Shown: piece by piece, positions 1-9,594 of the stretch | Layout of the letters: each line of letters begins with the position of its first letter | How positions within the stretch are numbered: the stretch's first letter is position 1 | Source of the DNA: Trichomonas gallinae | Taxonomy: Eukaryota | Direction: 5' to 3' | Assembly: GCA_008369845.1 (NCBI GenBank) | Contig: MRSU01011330.1 | Span: forward strand, 1 to 45,615 | Length of the DNA stretch: 45,615 nt | Made by a program: the position numbers and the translations under genes | Notes under the pieces: generated by a model | Seen by the model: the letters and a program-made list of their open reading frames with translations, nothing else | Databases searched by the model: none | Told to the model about the DNA's origin: nothing

Positions 1-6
1 TGTGCT

Positions 7-78
7 GGTCCCGTAGTGTAGCGGTTATCACTTGGGACTTTGAATCCCGAAATCCAGGTTCGACTCCTGGCGGGACCA
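7..78 (+). tRNA. tRNA-Gln, anticodon TTG
   Basis: Full cloverleaf: acceptor GGTCCCG(7-13)/CGGGACC(71-77), discriminator A78; D-arm GTG..CAC; anticodon stem TGGGA(33-37)/TCCCG(45-49) with loop CT-TTG-AA (anticodon 40-42); T-arm CCAGG/CCTGG with loop TTCGACT; no intron, no encoded CCA. Confidence 0.97.
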
Positions 79-80
79 CA

Positions 81-85
81 TTTTT
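81..85 (+). terminator. RNA polymerase III terminator (T5 tract) of the tRNA gene
   Basis: TTTTT 2 nt after the discriminator, followed by further T tracts at 90-101. Confidence 0.75.
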
Positions 86-237
86 CCCATTTTTATTTTT
101 GTTATAAAATCCAGACAATAGATCATATATCAAATGCTTTATAAAATTCCTGGCTTTTTGTACCGAAATAGCATTTCGTTCTGAATACGAGAAAGATTTG
201 AATGACAGAAAAAATATACGTTGTTTTCAGGTTGTAG

Positions 238-3200
238 ATGTTCCGGATAGAACCTAGCACTGTTTTCTTCCCGGCAACATTCATCACATCTGAAGCAAAA
301 TTCGCGGTAGACATATTCAACGACAGTTCGGAGAAAGTTGACTACAAATGGAGTATTTTCGAATCTTCATCAGCTGAAAATAAAAATATGCAGGTCGGCG
401 ACATACTCGATTTGAAGGAAAGGAATAGCAAGCAGGATATTCGTGAATTTAATCACGCTATTTTTCAACCAGTTCAAAATTCAGGTGAAATTTGGCCAAA
501 TCGAAGTGTCAAAACAACAATAACATTTCGTCCACAAGAAGCGCATCAGTATGTGCAGAAGCTGTACATTGACTTCGGAGAAGGCCATGAACGCATCCCC
601 ATCGAACTGAAAGGAACTGGATTGCCACCAGAAGCTGCTTTCGATGTGGCAACCATTGCTGTGGGACATATACCACTTGATACAGTGCAAGAATATAAAG
701 TTGAACTGATAAACTTGGGCAGCGTTGAAGTAGAATTCGAATACGAGAAAAATACTGATTCACCTCTGAAGTTTAATTTCAGTCCATCTAAAGGGAAAAT
801 ACCTGTTGGTGAGAAAATGCCGATTGTACTCACAATGGCGGCCTGCCAAGTAGGAAATTTCAACGAAACTTTCACTTTCAAAATTCGAGGAGCCGTAAAG
901 ACCCACCCTACGTTACTGGTATATGGTAGAGTAGATGGGCCGGTTTATACACTTTCATCGAAACAAATTAATTTTGGCGATGTTTCTTATGGATTTCTTT
1001 ACTCAAAAACATTTACAATTGAAAACAAAACAAATATACCATTCGATTACAAACTACATTTCGAACAAAATACAACTTTTGCGCCAAGAGAATTTAGTGT
1101 GAAGCCTTCGAGCGGCACTGTTGACAAATTTTCAACAAAAACAATTACAATTGAGCTAATACCAAATACAATTCAGCATTATGAAGTGAAATTATGGATT
1201 GATATTCAAGAATTTCAAAATAATGTCGATAAAGTTAAAATATACGCAAACTGCATAAGTCCAACTGTAGTAATTCCAAACCCAGTAATGAAATGCGAAA
1301 ATGTTTTTATAAATTATCCATACGAGAAAAATTTCCATTTTGAAAACACATCAGCACTCCCAGCAAAGTACGAAATTTACGTCGAGGACATGGGCAAATC
1401 GGCTCCAGCCATTGTCGAGTTCACAAAATTACAGGGAGTCATTGAACCAAACTCAAAAATGAAAACATTAGTCAAAGTCACGCCTTTAATTTTGGGTCCT
1501 ATTTCAGTTCCATGCTATTTGAAAATTGATTCAAGCACAGGAATCGTCATCCCATGGTCAATCTCAGCAGTCTCTATAGGGCCAACATTGGAAATCTCGC
1601 ATAAGCACATCAATTTCGGCACAATTCCGGTCCTCAAAGATAAAGCAATCCCAATCACAATAACAAACACATCGCTAATACCAATTGAGTACTCTATCAC
1701 AATCGAATCGGACAACACTGCTTTCAATGTTAAACAGAAAGAGGGAAAAATCGAACCATCTGACAAGGCGCAGATTCCGATTATTGCGAATTTGGACGAC
1801 ACGCTAACATTCAACGGTAAGCTTCTGCTCAACATTCAATACCTGAATCCTATCTCAATTCCTCTTGCCGCAACAGGCTCAGGCACGCCAATGTACTCCA
1901 GCATCCCAATGGACACGATCGACTACGGCTACATACTCAATGAGAGGAATGCGACAATGACATTCAGCCTGACAAACAAAGGAGGCAGAACTCAAGAATT
2001 GAGGTGGTCATATGGCAGGAGCAAAATTCCTGAGGCTGCACAGAAGTCGTTTAGAATCTCGATATCTCCAGAAATCTACACAATCGAGTCACATGACACG
2101 ATAGAGTATACTGTTCAAGTCTTCTGCCCGATGGCGTTGACATTCTCTTGCGAATTGATCTGCAACGCGACAATTGGAAGGCAGAGGGTAGAATTATTCC
2201 ACCCTGTAATTAAAGGCATTATATTCAAGCCTAATTTGAGCTTTTCAACAAAGCAGCTTGAGTTTGAGCATATCCACAACTACAAGAGAGAAGAAGAGAT
2301 CAGCGTCAAAAGCATGGAGAGTTTCACAACTCCTTCTTTTGATCTGCTTCCAATTCAGGAGTCAACATTCGACGTCGTCAATATAAACCCTATACCGCTA
2401 GATCTAGAAATATCTACAATCGAGCCTTTCACCACAGATCTGACAAGCATACACTTAGACACAAATCAATCAAAGACCATCGTTGTCACATTCAATGCTC
2501 CATTCAAGACAGATTTCTTCAGCGAGTCAATCACAAGGAAGATCAACTTCTCGATTGTCGATCATCCAGCCAAGATTTGGCTCAACGCTAAGTGCAACTA
2601 TATTTTCCCTAATCTTGCTTTCGAGCCATCCACATCAGTTGACTTCGGCAACATGATGCTCAACACAGAGGAAGACGTCGCTTTAACAATGAAGTCTGTT
2701 TCCAACTCTCCAGTTGAATGGTGCTTCGAATTGATGTCAAAAGAAGCAGACAAAGCAATCTCAAGGATTTTCGATGTTTTCCCTATAAAAGGAACGATGG
2801 ATCCATTTGGAACTGACACGATCCATTTCTCTTTTTCTGCAAATGCAAGCCCTGAAGGCGGCTCAAAGACATATAGTGGAAAAGCTATTTGCCACGTCAC
2901 AGGCGGCCCTGATTACATAATCGATCTGAAAGGCAACGCAGTTTCAATTGATTACAGCATCACCCCAACATCAATCGATTTCGGCGACAGGTTCTACAAC
3001 GAAACATTAGTTTACAAGATAAATCTTAAAAATGGTAGTGACCTCCCAATTAAATACACGACGAAAGTTCCTAAATCCAACGAGCTCCAGCAGCTCTTAA
3101 TAAACCCAAGTGATGGAAGCATTCCAGTTGAAGGAACATATACATTAACAGTTACATGTCTTTGCGGAAAACCAGGCACTTTCTCAGACTATTTCCTTGT

Positions 3201-6200
3201 ACAGATCGGTCATTATGAGGAGCAAAAAATCCCGATACATGTAAACGCTTATTTTCCACAACTGAGCATCGCAGTACCACGTCATGAGACCGACTATGCC
3301 TTCCAAGCAAATCCAGAAGCCTCTAATGAGGAATTACTCGCCTTAGAATCCAAATTAGCAATAGAGAGAGAATCTCAAAAATTGCCTTATTCCAACAACC
3401 GTCAGGAGAGGGAAAGGCTAACGCAACAGAAGAAGATCTTCTCGAGATACCTCTATGATGTTGGACAGATAATTGTCGGTGATACAATAGAAAACGCTTT
3501 CGACATCAAATCCTTAATTCCTTTACAGCTTCTAATCAATATTAACAACGACTCACTTAAAGGAACAGGTTTCTACTTAAACAGCCAGACATTCATTATG
3601 CAGCCAAAAGAAGAAAGCACATTCTCCATCAATTTCGACACTGCAAAGAGAACGAACAACACAACTGGTCCAGTTGAGTATTCTATCCTTCTTTCTCTCG
3701 GCGAACAACAGCTCCATATCATCGAAATTGTTATCAAGGCAACAATCGTTCTCCCGAAGTTTACTCTATCAACAAAAACGTTCAACTTCGAAGAAGTCAT
3801 CGTTGGCCAGTCGAAGACAATGACATTACAAATACAGAACATGAACACATTCCCATGCGAATTCCAGTTTTTGGATCAAGAATTGTCTATGTCTTCATCT
3901 GCTTCTAAGGCAGTTTCAGCAAGAAAGGCCATCGAAAAGAAGAAGTCAACGCAAAAACTGCCAAATGAAGAAGAAGAGGAAGAAGAGCAGCCTGATAAGC
4001 CTATAATTTACCAAACAAAACCAAACAGCGGCATTCTTCCTCCATCATCCTTCCAAAACATCGAAATCACATTTACTCCAAAAGAGGGAATCCCTTACAA
4101 TATCAGGCTTCCTCTCAAGATGAAGCACAATCCACACAACGAAATCGTCAGACTCAACGGTAAAGGTGTTCAAATGAAGATCGAATTCGATCCACCAAGC
4201 CTAAGCCTCCCAGCCATACTCCCATTTGCAGACAGCTCCATATCAGACATCAAATTGATGAACAACACAAATTATCCAATCGAAGTCTTCTCATACAACT
4301 TCGACTATCAGCTTTACGTTAACACATTCATCAAGAAGAAACAGGAAAGCGAAGCTCCAACAGAATCGAATGAATCAGTAGCGAATGTATCGAAGTTCTC
4401 CATCTGTTGCATCGTTCACGGTCCTGCGCAAACTGGACGCTCAGCAGTTTCAAACATAATTGCGAAATATCTTAACACACCAGTTATTTCACTCAATGAG
4501 TTGTGGGCTCCTATTTTAGAGAGGCCAGAAGGCCATGCTGCAGCGGATCTGATTGGAGCCTTTGCAACTCGTATTCAAGATTCTGACTGCTTAAATGGCT
4601 TCGTTGTTGATGGATTAGACGCGCTACCAATAAACCAAGACACAGAGTTATATTTACAACAGTGTGTAAAGGCTAAAGGCTGTATTGATGAAGCTAACAA
4701 CAATCCATTCAATCCAATCCCACACAACACCCCTACCAATGTCGAACTCGCTCTCAACTACATCATTGATTCATTGGATGGTCACTACATCTTTTTCGTT
4801 GGTGTCAAATGCCCGATCGACGTCATCAACAAACGCCACGAGGAGGAAGAAAGACAAGAGAAGAAGAGGCAGGCTAGAGAGCGCCAAAATGAGAAAATTG
4901 CACTGTTCAATATGACAGAGGAAGAGTACGAGAAACTTTCTCCGGAAGAACAAGAAGAGATAGATAAGAAACGAAAAGCACTCAGGAAGAAGATACTCAA
5001 GGCCGAACAGGCCACAATTGAAGAGGAAACATCGCGATCATCATCCCACAAGCACAGGAGCAAGGCAAGCTCCAGGGAAAATAAAGACAAAGAGGGCAAG
5101 GAAGGAAAAGAAAGGGAGAAAGAAAGCAGACATAGAGATCGCAAGGAAGAAAAGTCGTCAAAAGGAGAAAGATCTAAAAAGGAGGAAGAGAAATCATCCA
5201 AAGGTGATAAGCCACCACCAAAGAAAGAAGAGAGGAGATCTGGCAAGAAAGGCGTTCCAACTGATCCACTTGAACTCTCAGCAATGCTATATAACTTAAC
5301 AGTTGGGTCATTAACAAACAAGCTCAAAACATCTTGCGACAGCTTCCAGGCAATCGATCCATCGAACCTAGTCAAGCAGGAAAAGCCATCTGAAGAAGAA
5401 GATAAGAAAGAACTCAAAATCGATCTAAGCGAGAAACCTCCAGAAGAAACAACTGAAAACAATCCTCCTCCTGTTGAAATCTTGGAAGAACCAGTCCAGC
5501 GATCAATCAAGAATTTCAATGCAATGCTTTTGAACACAGACATCTCATTGAAAGAGATCGAAGAGGAAATCACTGGTTTTATCCCATCTCTCACGACAAT
5601 CAAAGAAAACGCTTTTACTTCTCTGATTCCAGGAATCGCAACAGGAATGGCGAACGACATGGAAGAGCCGTTATCAAAGTTCAAAGAGACATCGCCGTAT
5701 TTTTCAATCATTGTCGAAGAGCCATACACTGAGTTGCCAGAACCAGAAACAACAGGGAGGACATCAAAGTCTAAAATCAGCAGGCCAGGGGCTAGAAAGA
5801 AATCCCAGCCTGAAGAGATAGTTGACATTACAAAGCTCACTCCAAGATGGAAAATCGATGCGAACTCATTCGTCACATTGCAGATCAGGTTCATGCCTAC
5901 AATCCCTGGCAACTTCAGGACAGATCTCTATTTCGGCATCATCGGCTGCAAGTACGACATCCTAAAGATCAATGTTTCCGGAGCCTGCGCTGGTCCAGAC
6001 ATAGAGAGAAACATAGTTGCAATGTTCGAAAACAAAGCAATGTGGAATCAGCAGGAGAATGAGTACCAGTTTGGCCCAGTTCTTTTGGCTGGTAAGCAAA
6101 AAGGCTCTACGCCAATCTCCGAGAAGATCACACTGAAAAACATTTCGCAATTCCCAGCCGATGTTCACGCTTTCTTCTCTGATCCAAACAAACAAGTCTG

Positions 6201-9200
6201 GAGCATTGATCCAACCGTCAACACAATTCCAGCAGGCGGCACTTCCACATTCACAGTTACAATCACCCCTCAAACAACAGAACTGATCAAGAACATAGTA
6301 CAATTCTTCATTAAAGACCAACCAGAACCTCTTTCGATTCCATTCAGCGCAGAATCGACCATCCCAGCAATTAAGCTATCAACAACAACCCTCGATTTCG
6401 ACAAGATCATGCTAGGAAAGAGTCGCACGCTAAATATCGATATGAAGAACACTTCAAAGCTTTTCGCGAATTGGAACTTCAAAAACTTGAATAATGTTGG
6501 CGACTTAGTTAAATTCACAGCCACTGAAGGCGTCATCAAACCGATGAAGTCCATGACTGTGAAAGCAACATTTGCAGCAACAAAAGCAGCTACTCTAAAG
6601 AAAGCAGTTAATTTTGAAGTCTTCGACAAAGAGAAAACGAGAAACTTTGGATCCACGCCAATCCAGGTCCTCGGTGAGGCCTTTGATGTAGTACTAGATG
6701 TCCAATTCCCCAAAGGCATGGACCATTTAAACTTCGGCAATTTCACGTTATCTCAAACAAAAACTATCAATGTTGTATTAAAAGACAAAGGCAAATTCCC
6801 AGTCACTTACAAGATAATTATCGATAAAAACATAGAGCAGTATATAACAGCCAATCCAAATACAGGCACAATCGCTCCAACAGACAAACCGATCACAGTC
6901 GTTTTCACTTTGAAGAGCGGCAAAGTCATCAGTTTCCAGGATGCCAAAGGTATAAAGATGCAGATCCAGGACACGAATTCTAAAGTCACAACAGAAACAT
7001 TACCGCTTCCATTCACGTGCGAGACAGTCTACAGCTCGTGCCAGATCCAGCCTAATAAGAAGCTTTCCTTCGATTATGTTCCAGTCGGTCAAGTTCCAAC
7101 AAAGCAAGTCACAATTGTCAACACAGGCAAATTTGCATTCGAATTCGAACTCATACCAAGAGCAGACTCAAAGCCGAAGATGCCAATTATGCCTGTCGAT
7201 AGCAAGAGAATGACAGGTAACTTGCTGAAGCCAAAGAACAAGAAGAACGTGCAGCACATCATTGCTGGCCAGTATGTTTTGTCTCCCTCCACAGGCACGG
7301 TACCCCCAGGTCAATCATGCGTCATCGATGTCGAATTCAACGCGACATTGCCTGGCACATTTAACAACACGGTTAATGTCAGAGTTAGCGAGATTGATCC
7401 AAACGCTCCTATGCCAACAATTCAACTTACGGGAATCGTTGAGGCACCAAGTCTTGAAATTGCATCAAGAGACAAAATTTTCCCAGGATTACCTCTTTCC
7501 GTCTCAACCGAGAAACTTAAAACGGACAAGAACGTCTTCTTCGAGGATTCAGGCGTTTTGCATTTCGCAGCGTTAATGGTACATGACAAATCATCTGTCC
7601 CAATCAGTATAATAAACGCCTCTCACATTGCAGTCAGTGTCGAGCTCACCGTGAAATCCGCGAAGCAAAAAGACAAAAACTTCCCTTTCGAAATCAGCGA
7701 GTCAAAATTTAATTTGGAGCCACTGGCGCAAAAACAGATTAATGTATCTTTCTGCCCACTAATTGCCGAGACTTTCACAGGTGTTTTCGAAGCAGTCATA
7801 AAAGGCGCCCCGGTCGAATCTAAGCTTAAATTCAATGTAGAAGGAATTGGATCAGTGCCGAACTTCAACATTGTCGGTCTGGAGAAACTCAAAGGCACAA
7901 ACTTCATGTGCACATTTAACAAAGTCTTGATCGGTTACAAGAAGGAGCGTGCAATCAACATCAACAATCCTACAGCTTTGCCTGTCACTGTCTCCATTCA
8001 ATACAAGAAATCGCCCGAATTTGTGGTTTTCCCAGACACACAATCGGAGACAATACAGCCAGGTGAAACATTCCCGTTAGTTGTCTCTTTCAAGCCGACT
8101 CAGGAAATCAAGTATTCGATGGATATCACAGTCGGCATCGAAAGCAATCCGAAGTCTAACTGCATCGTGACAATTTCTGGTGAAGGAGCAGTTGAAGATA
8201 TTTTATTTGAATTTCCAAATGCCTCAGGCGATGAAGACCAGCTTGAATTCAAGAACTGTATTGTCGGTAGCATGGCTCAGCAGATGTTTATTATTAAGAA
8301 CGTTGGCAGTGAGGACTGCAAATTCTCATGGCCTTCAAACACAGGCATCACTTTCGTTCCAAGTGTTGGCCACATCAGAGCAGGCAAGTCGAAGAAAATC
8401 ACTGCATCTCTATTAGCAGACCATCCAATCAAGCAGACAATTCTGAAAATTCCCTGCAATGTCCTAAAAATCCAACTAGACCCTCACGCGCCAGACTGGG
8501 ATGATTCGATGAGAACCCTCAAATTCATAAAGCGCAACCTTCAGACTCCAGCGGAGAAAGAAAACGTTGTGAGTGGCTCAAAGCTTCCTCCACTCAACCC
8601 GCGAAAGTCGGCGAAAACATCCATGTCTGTAAAGCGAAACTCAATCAAGGAGCTGCCGCCGATAGAGAATCAAAGTGTCGTCTCAGACATGGTCAAAGTC
8701 ACAGAAGTTCGCGAAGAGCCAAGCTTTAAACTTTTGACTCCAAAACCGAGAGAAGTCCCAATACACGCAGTAACTGCAGCTGATATCATCAAGTTTGCTC
8801 TTGACACAACAGAAATCGCATTCTCGCCAACAATGATGATGCAGAGTCGAACATTCGATGTTAAAATGACAAACCAGTCCCAGATCAAGATGGAGTTCCA
8901 GTGGCGTGATGCAGATTATTCTTCTGCCCGCTCGGACTACGCTACTTCACATGCCCCTCCATTTGACATCGCCCCACGCCACGGCTTCATTGAATCAGGC
9001 CAGTCACAGGCTTTCAAAGTCACATTTTCGCCAGAAGAAGTTGATGATTTCGTCGGTAAAATTGTTTGTGACATCCCATTCAACACAGGCCAGTCTCCAA
9101 TCATCAACGTCAGTGGCTTATCCCGCCGTCCTATCATATACTTCAATGTCGAGCAGAGTGACTACTTGACAAGGAGATACCCAGGCTACACTAGACCAGT

Positions 9201-9525
9201 CCCAGCCGAGACACGAATTGTGGAGATTGGAGTTCCTTCTTCCCACTCATCCCGCACGACTCACTTGAAGTTCGACGTCGTCAACACGACAGCACAGCCA
9301 TATGAGTTCAGCTGGACCAAGTCATCCACAATCACTGACGGAGAAGAGACGAAGGCCATCAACTGCGAGACACCGTGCGGCATGATATCAGGGGGCAAGA
9401 AAGTCGTCATGAATTTCTCATTCACCCCAGGCCAGCAGAGAACCGTCGAGTCTAACTACGAATTCCTCATCCCTTCGCTGGGAGTCAGGGTTCCCTTCCT
9501 CGTCGTCGGACGGCTTCTGCAGTAA
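238..9525 (+). CDS. HYDIN: HYDIN-like axonemal central-pair protein (tandem ASH/PapD-like Ig domains plus an adenylate-kinase-like P-loop domain), 3095 aa
   Basis: Many repeated ASH-type units (..inFG.v......f.i.N.s..p..f......F.i.P..G.i.p......i.v.F.P); HYDIN-like segments GEIWPN, INFGDVSYGF, PDWDDSMRTLKF and FLIPSLGVRVPFLVVG; central P-loop-like segment ICCIVHGPAQTGRS..DCLNGFVVDGL followed by a charged coiled coil. Confidence 0.88.
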   Translation: MFRIEPSTVFFPATFITSEAKFAVDIFNDSSEKVDYKWSIFESSSAENKNMQVGDILDLKERNSKQDIREFNHAIFQPVQNSGEIWPNRSVKTTITFRPQEAHQYVQKLYIDFGEGHERIPIELKGTGLPPEAAFDVATIAVGHIPLDTVQEYKVELINLGSVEVEFEYEKNTDSPLKFNFSPSKGKIPVGEKMPIVLTMAACQVGNFNETFTFKIRGAVKTHPTLLVYGRVDGPVYTLSSKQINFGDVSYGFLYSKTFTIENKTNIPFDYKLHFEQNTTFAPREFSVKPSSGTVDKFSTKTITIELIPNTIQHYEVKLWIDIQEFQNNVDKVKIYANCISPTVVIPNPVMKCENVFINYPYEKNFHFENTSALPAKYEIYVEDMGKSAPAIVEFTKLQGVIEPNSKMKTLVKVTPLILGPISVPCYLKIDSSTGIVIPWSISAVSIGPTLEISHKHINFGTIPVLKDKAIPITITNTSLIPIEYSITIESDNTAFNVKQKEGKIEPSDKAQIPIIANLDDTLTFNGKLLLNIQYLNPISIPLAATGSGTPMYSSIPMDTIDYGYILNERNATMTFSLTNKGGRTQELRWSYGRSKIPEAAQKSFRISISPEIYTIESHDTIEYTVQVFCPMALTFSCELICNATIGRQRVELFHPVIKGIIFKPNLSFSTKQLEFEHIHNYKREEEISVKSMESFTTPSFDLLPIQESTFDVVNINPIPLDLEISTIEPFTTDLTSIHLDTNQSKTIVVTFNAPFKTDFFSESITRKINFSIVDHPAKIWLNAKCNYIFPNLAFEPSTSVDFGNMMLNTEEDVALTMKSVSNSPVEWCFELMSKEADKAISRIFDVFPIKGTMDPFGTDTIHFSFSANASPEGGSKTYSGKAICHVTGGPDYIIDLKGNAVSIDYSITPTSIDFGDRFYNETLVYKINLKNGSDLPIKYTTKVPKSNELQQLLINPSDGSIPVEGTYTLTVTCLCGKPGTFSDYFLVQIGHYEEQKIPIHVNAYFPQLSIAVPRHETDYAFQANPEASNEELLALESKLAIERESQKLPYSNNRQERERLTQQKKIFSRYLYDVGQIIVGDTIENAFDIKSLIPLQLLININNDSLKGTGFYLNSQTFIMQPKEESTFSINFDTAKRTNNTTGPVEYSILLSLGEQQLHIIEIVIKATIVLPKFTLSTKTFNFEEVIVGQSKTMTLQIQNMNTFPCEFQFLDQELSMSSSASKAVSARKAIEKKKSTQKLPNEEEEEEEQPDKPIIYQTKPNSGILPPSSFQNIEITFTPKEGIPYNIRLPLKMKHNPHNEIVRLNGKGVQMKIEFDPPSLSLPAILPFADSSISDIKLMNNTNYPIEVFSYNFDYQLYVNTFIKKKQESEAPTESNESVANVSKFSICCIVHGPAQTGRSAVSNIIAKYLNTPVISLNELWAPILERPEGHAAADLIGAFATRIQDSDCLNGFVVDGLDALPINQDTELYLQQCVKAKGCIDEANNNPFNPIPHNTPTNVELALNYIIDSLDGHYIFFVGVKCPIDVINKRHEEEERQEKKRQARERQNEKIALFNMTEEEYEKLSPEEQEEIDKKRKALRKKILKAEQATIEEETSRSSSHKHRSKASSRENKDKEGKEGKEREKESRHRDRKEEKSSKGERSKKEEEKSSKGDKPPPKKEERRSGKKGVPTDPLELSAMLYNLTVGSLTNKLKTSCDSFQAIDPSNLVKQEKPSEEEDKKELKIDLSEKPPEETTENNPPPVEILEEPVQRSIKNFNAMLLNTDISLKEIEEEITGFIPSLTTIKENAFTSLIPGIATGMANDMEEPLSKFKETSPYFSIIVEEPYTELPEPETTGRTSKSKISRPGARKKSQPEEIVDITKLTPRWKIDANSFVTLQIRFMPTIPGNFRTDLYFGIIGCKYDILKINVSGACAGPDIERNIVAMFENKAMWNQQENEYQFGPVLLAGKQKGSTPISEKITLKNISQFPADVHAFFSDPNKQVWSIDPTVNTIPAGGTSTFTVTITPQTTELIKNIVQFFIKDQPEPLSIPFSAESTIPAIKLSTTTLDFDKIMLGKSRTLNIDMKNTSKLFANWNFKNLNNVGDLVKFTATEGVIKPMKSMTVKATFAATKAATLKKAVNFEVFDKEKTRNFGSTPIQVLGEAFDVVLDVQFPKGMDHLNFGNFTLSQTKTINVVLKDKGKFPVTYKIIIDKNIEQYITANPNTGTIAPTDKPITVVFTLKSGKVISFQDAKGIKMQIQDTNSKVTTETLPLPFTCETVYSSCQIQPNKKLSFDYVPVGQVPTKQVTIVNTGKFAFEFELIPRADSKPKMPIMPVDSKRMTGNLLKPKNKKNVQHIIAGQYVLSPSTGTVPPGQSCVIDVEFNATLPGTFNNTVNVRVSEIDPNAPMPTIQLTGIVEAPSLEIASRDKIFPGLPLSVSTEKLKTDKNVFFEDSGVLHFAALMVHDKSSVPISIINASHIAVSVELTVKSAKQKDKNFPFEISESKFNLEPLAQKQINVSFCPLIAETFTGVFEAVIKGAPVESKLKFNVEGIGSVPNFNIVGLEKLKGTNFMCTFNKVLIGYKKERAININNPTALPVTVSIQYKKSPEFVVFPDTQSETIQPGETFPLVVSFKPTQEIKYSMDITVGIESNPKSNCIVTISGEGAVEDILFEFPNASGDEDQLEFKNCIVGSMAQQMFIIKNVGSEDCKFSWPSNTGITFVPSVGHIRAGKSKKITASLLADHPIKQTILKIPCNVLKIQLDPHAPDWDDSMRTLKFIKRNLQTPAEKENVVSGSKLPPLNPRKSAKTSMSVKRNSIKELPPIENQSVVSDMVKVTEVREEPSFKLLTPKPREVPIHAVTAADIIKFALDTTEIAFSPTMMMQSRTFDVKMTNQSQIKMEFQWRDADYSSARSDYATSHAPPFDIAPRHGFIESGQSQAFKVTFSPEEVDDFVGKIVCDIPFNTGQSPIINVSGLSRRPIIYFNVEQSDYLTRRYPGYTRPVPAETRIVEIGVPSSHSSRTTHLKFDVVNTTAQPYEFSWTKSSTITDGEETKAINCETPCGMISGGKKVVMNFSFTPGQQRTVESNYEFLIPSLGVRVPFLVVGRLLQ

Positions 9526-9594
9526 TTTTTTTTTGTTTATAAAATGTTTATTTATTTTTTGAAAAATCAAAAAAAAAAAAAAAAAGTGAAGAAC

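Noticed and set aside
7..237. Stop-codon reassignment (TAG/TAA read as Gln), suggested by the tRNA-Gln, the TAG-ATG junction and the absence of TAG among the 12 gene stops
   Set aside because: The anticodon is ordinary TTG, about 41 kb of CDS reads with no internal TAG or TAA, and TAA terminates ten of the genes.
160..237. Possible intron GTACCG...TTTTCAG or ...TTGTAG joining ATG 134 to HYDIN
   Set aside because: Splicing to the AG at 230 leaves an in-frame TAG, splicing to the AG at 237 is out of frame, and there is no ACTAAC branch motif.
4785..5912. 375-aa antisense ORF inside HYDIN, plus the many shorter nested ORFs across the window
   Set aside because: Shadow frames of purine-rich or low-complexity coding sequence; Ser/Phe/Leu-rich translations with no recognisable motifs.
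9544..9594. N-terminal MFIYFLKNQKKKKKVKN extension of the BEACH protein, and a TTTTTTGA/TCAAAAAA hairpin
   Set aside because: Homopolymer-rich intergenic sequence 18 bp after the HYDIN stop; AT-only hairpins are expected by chance.
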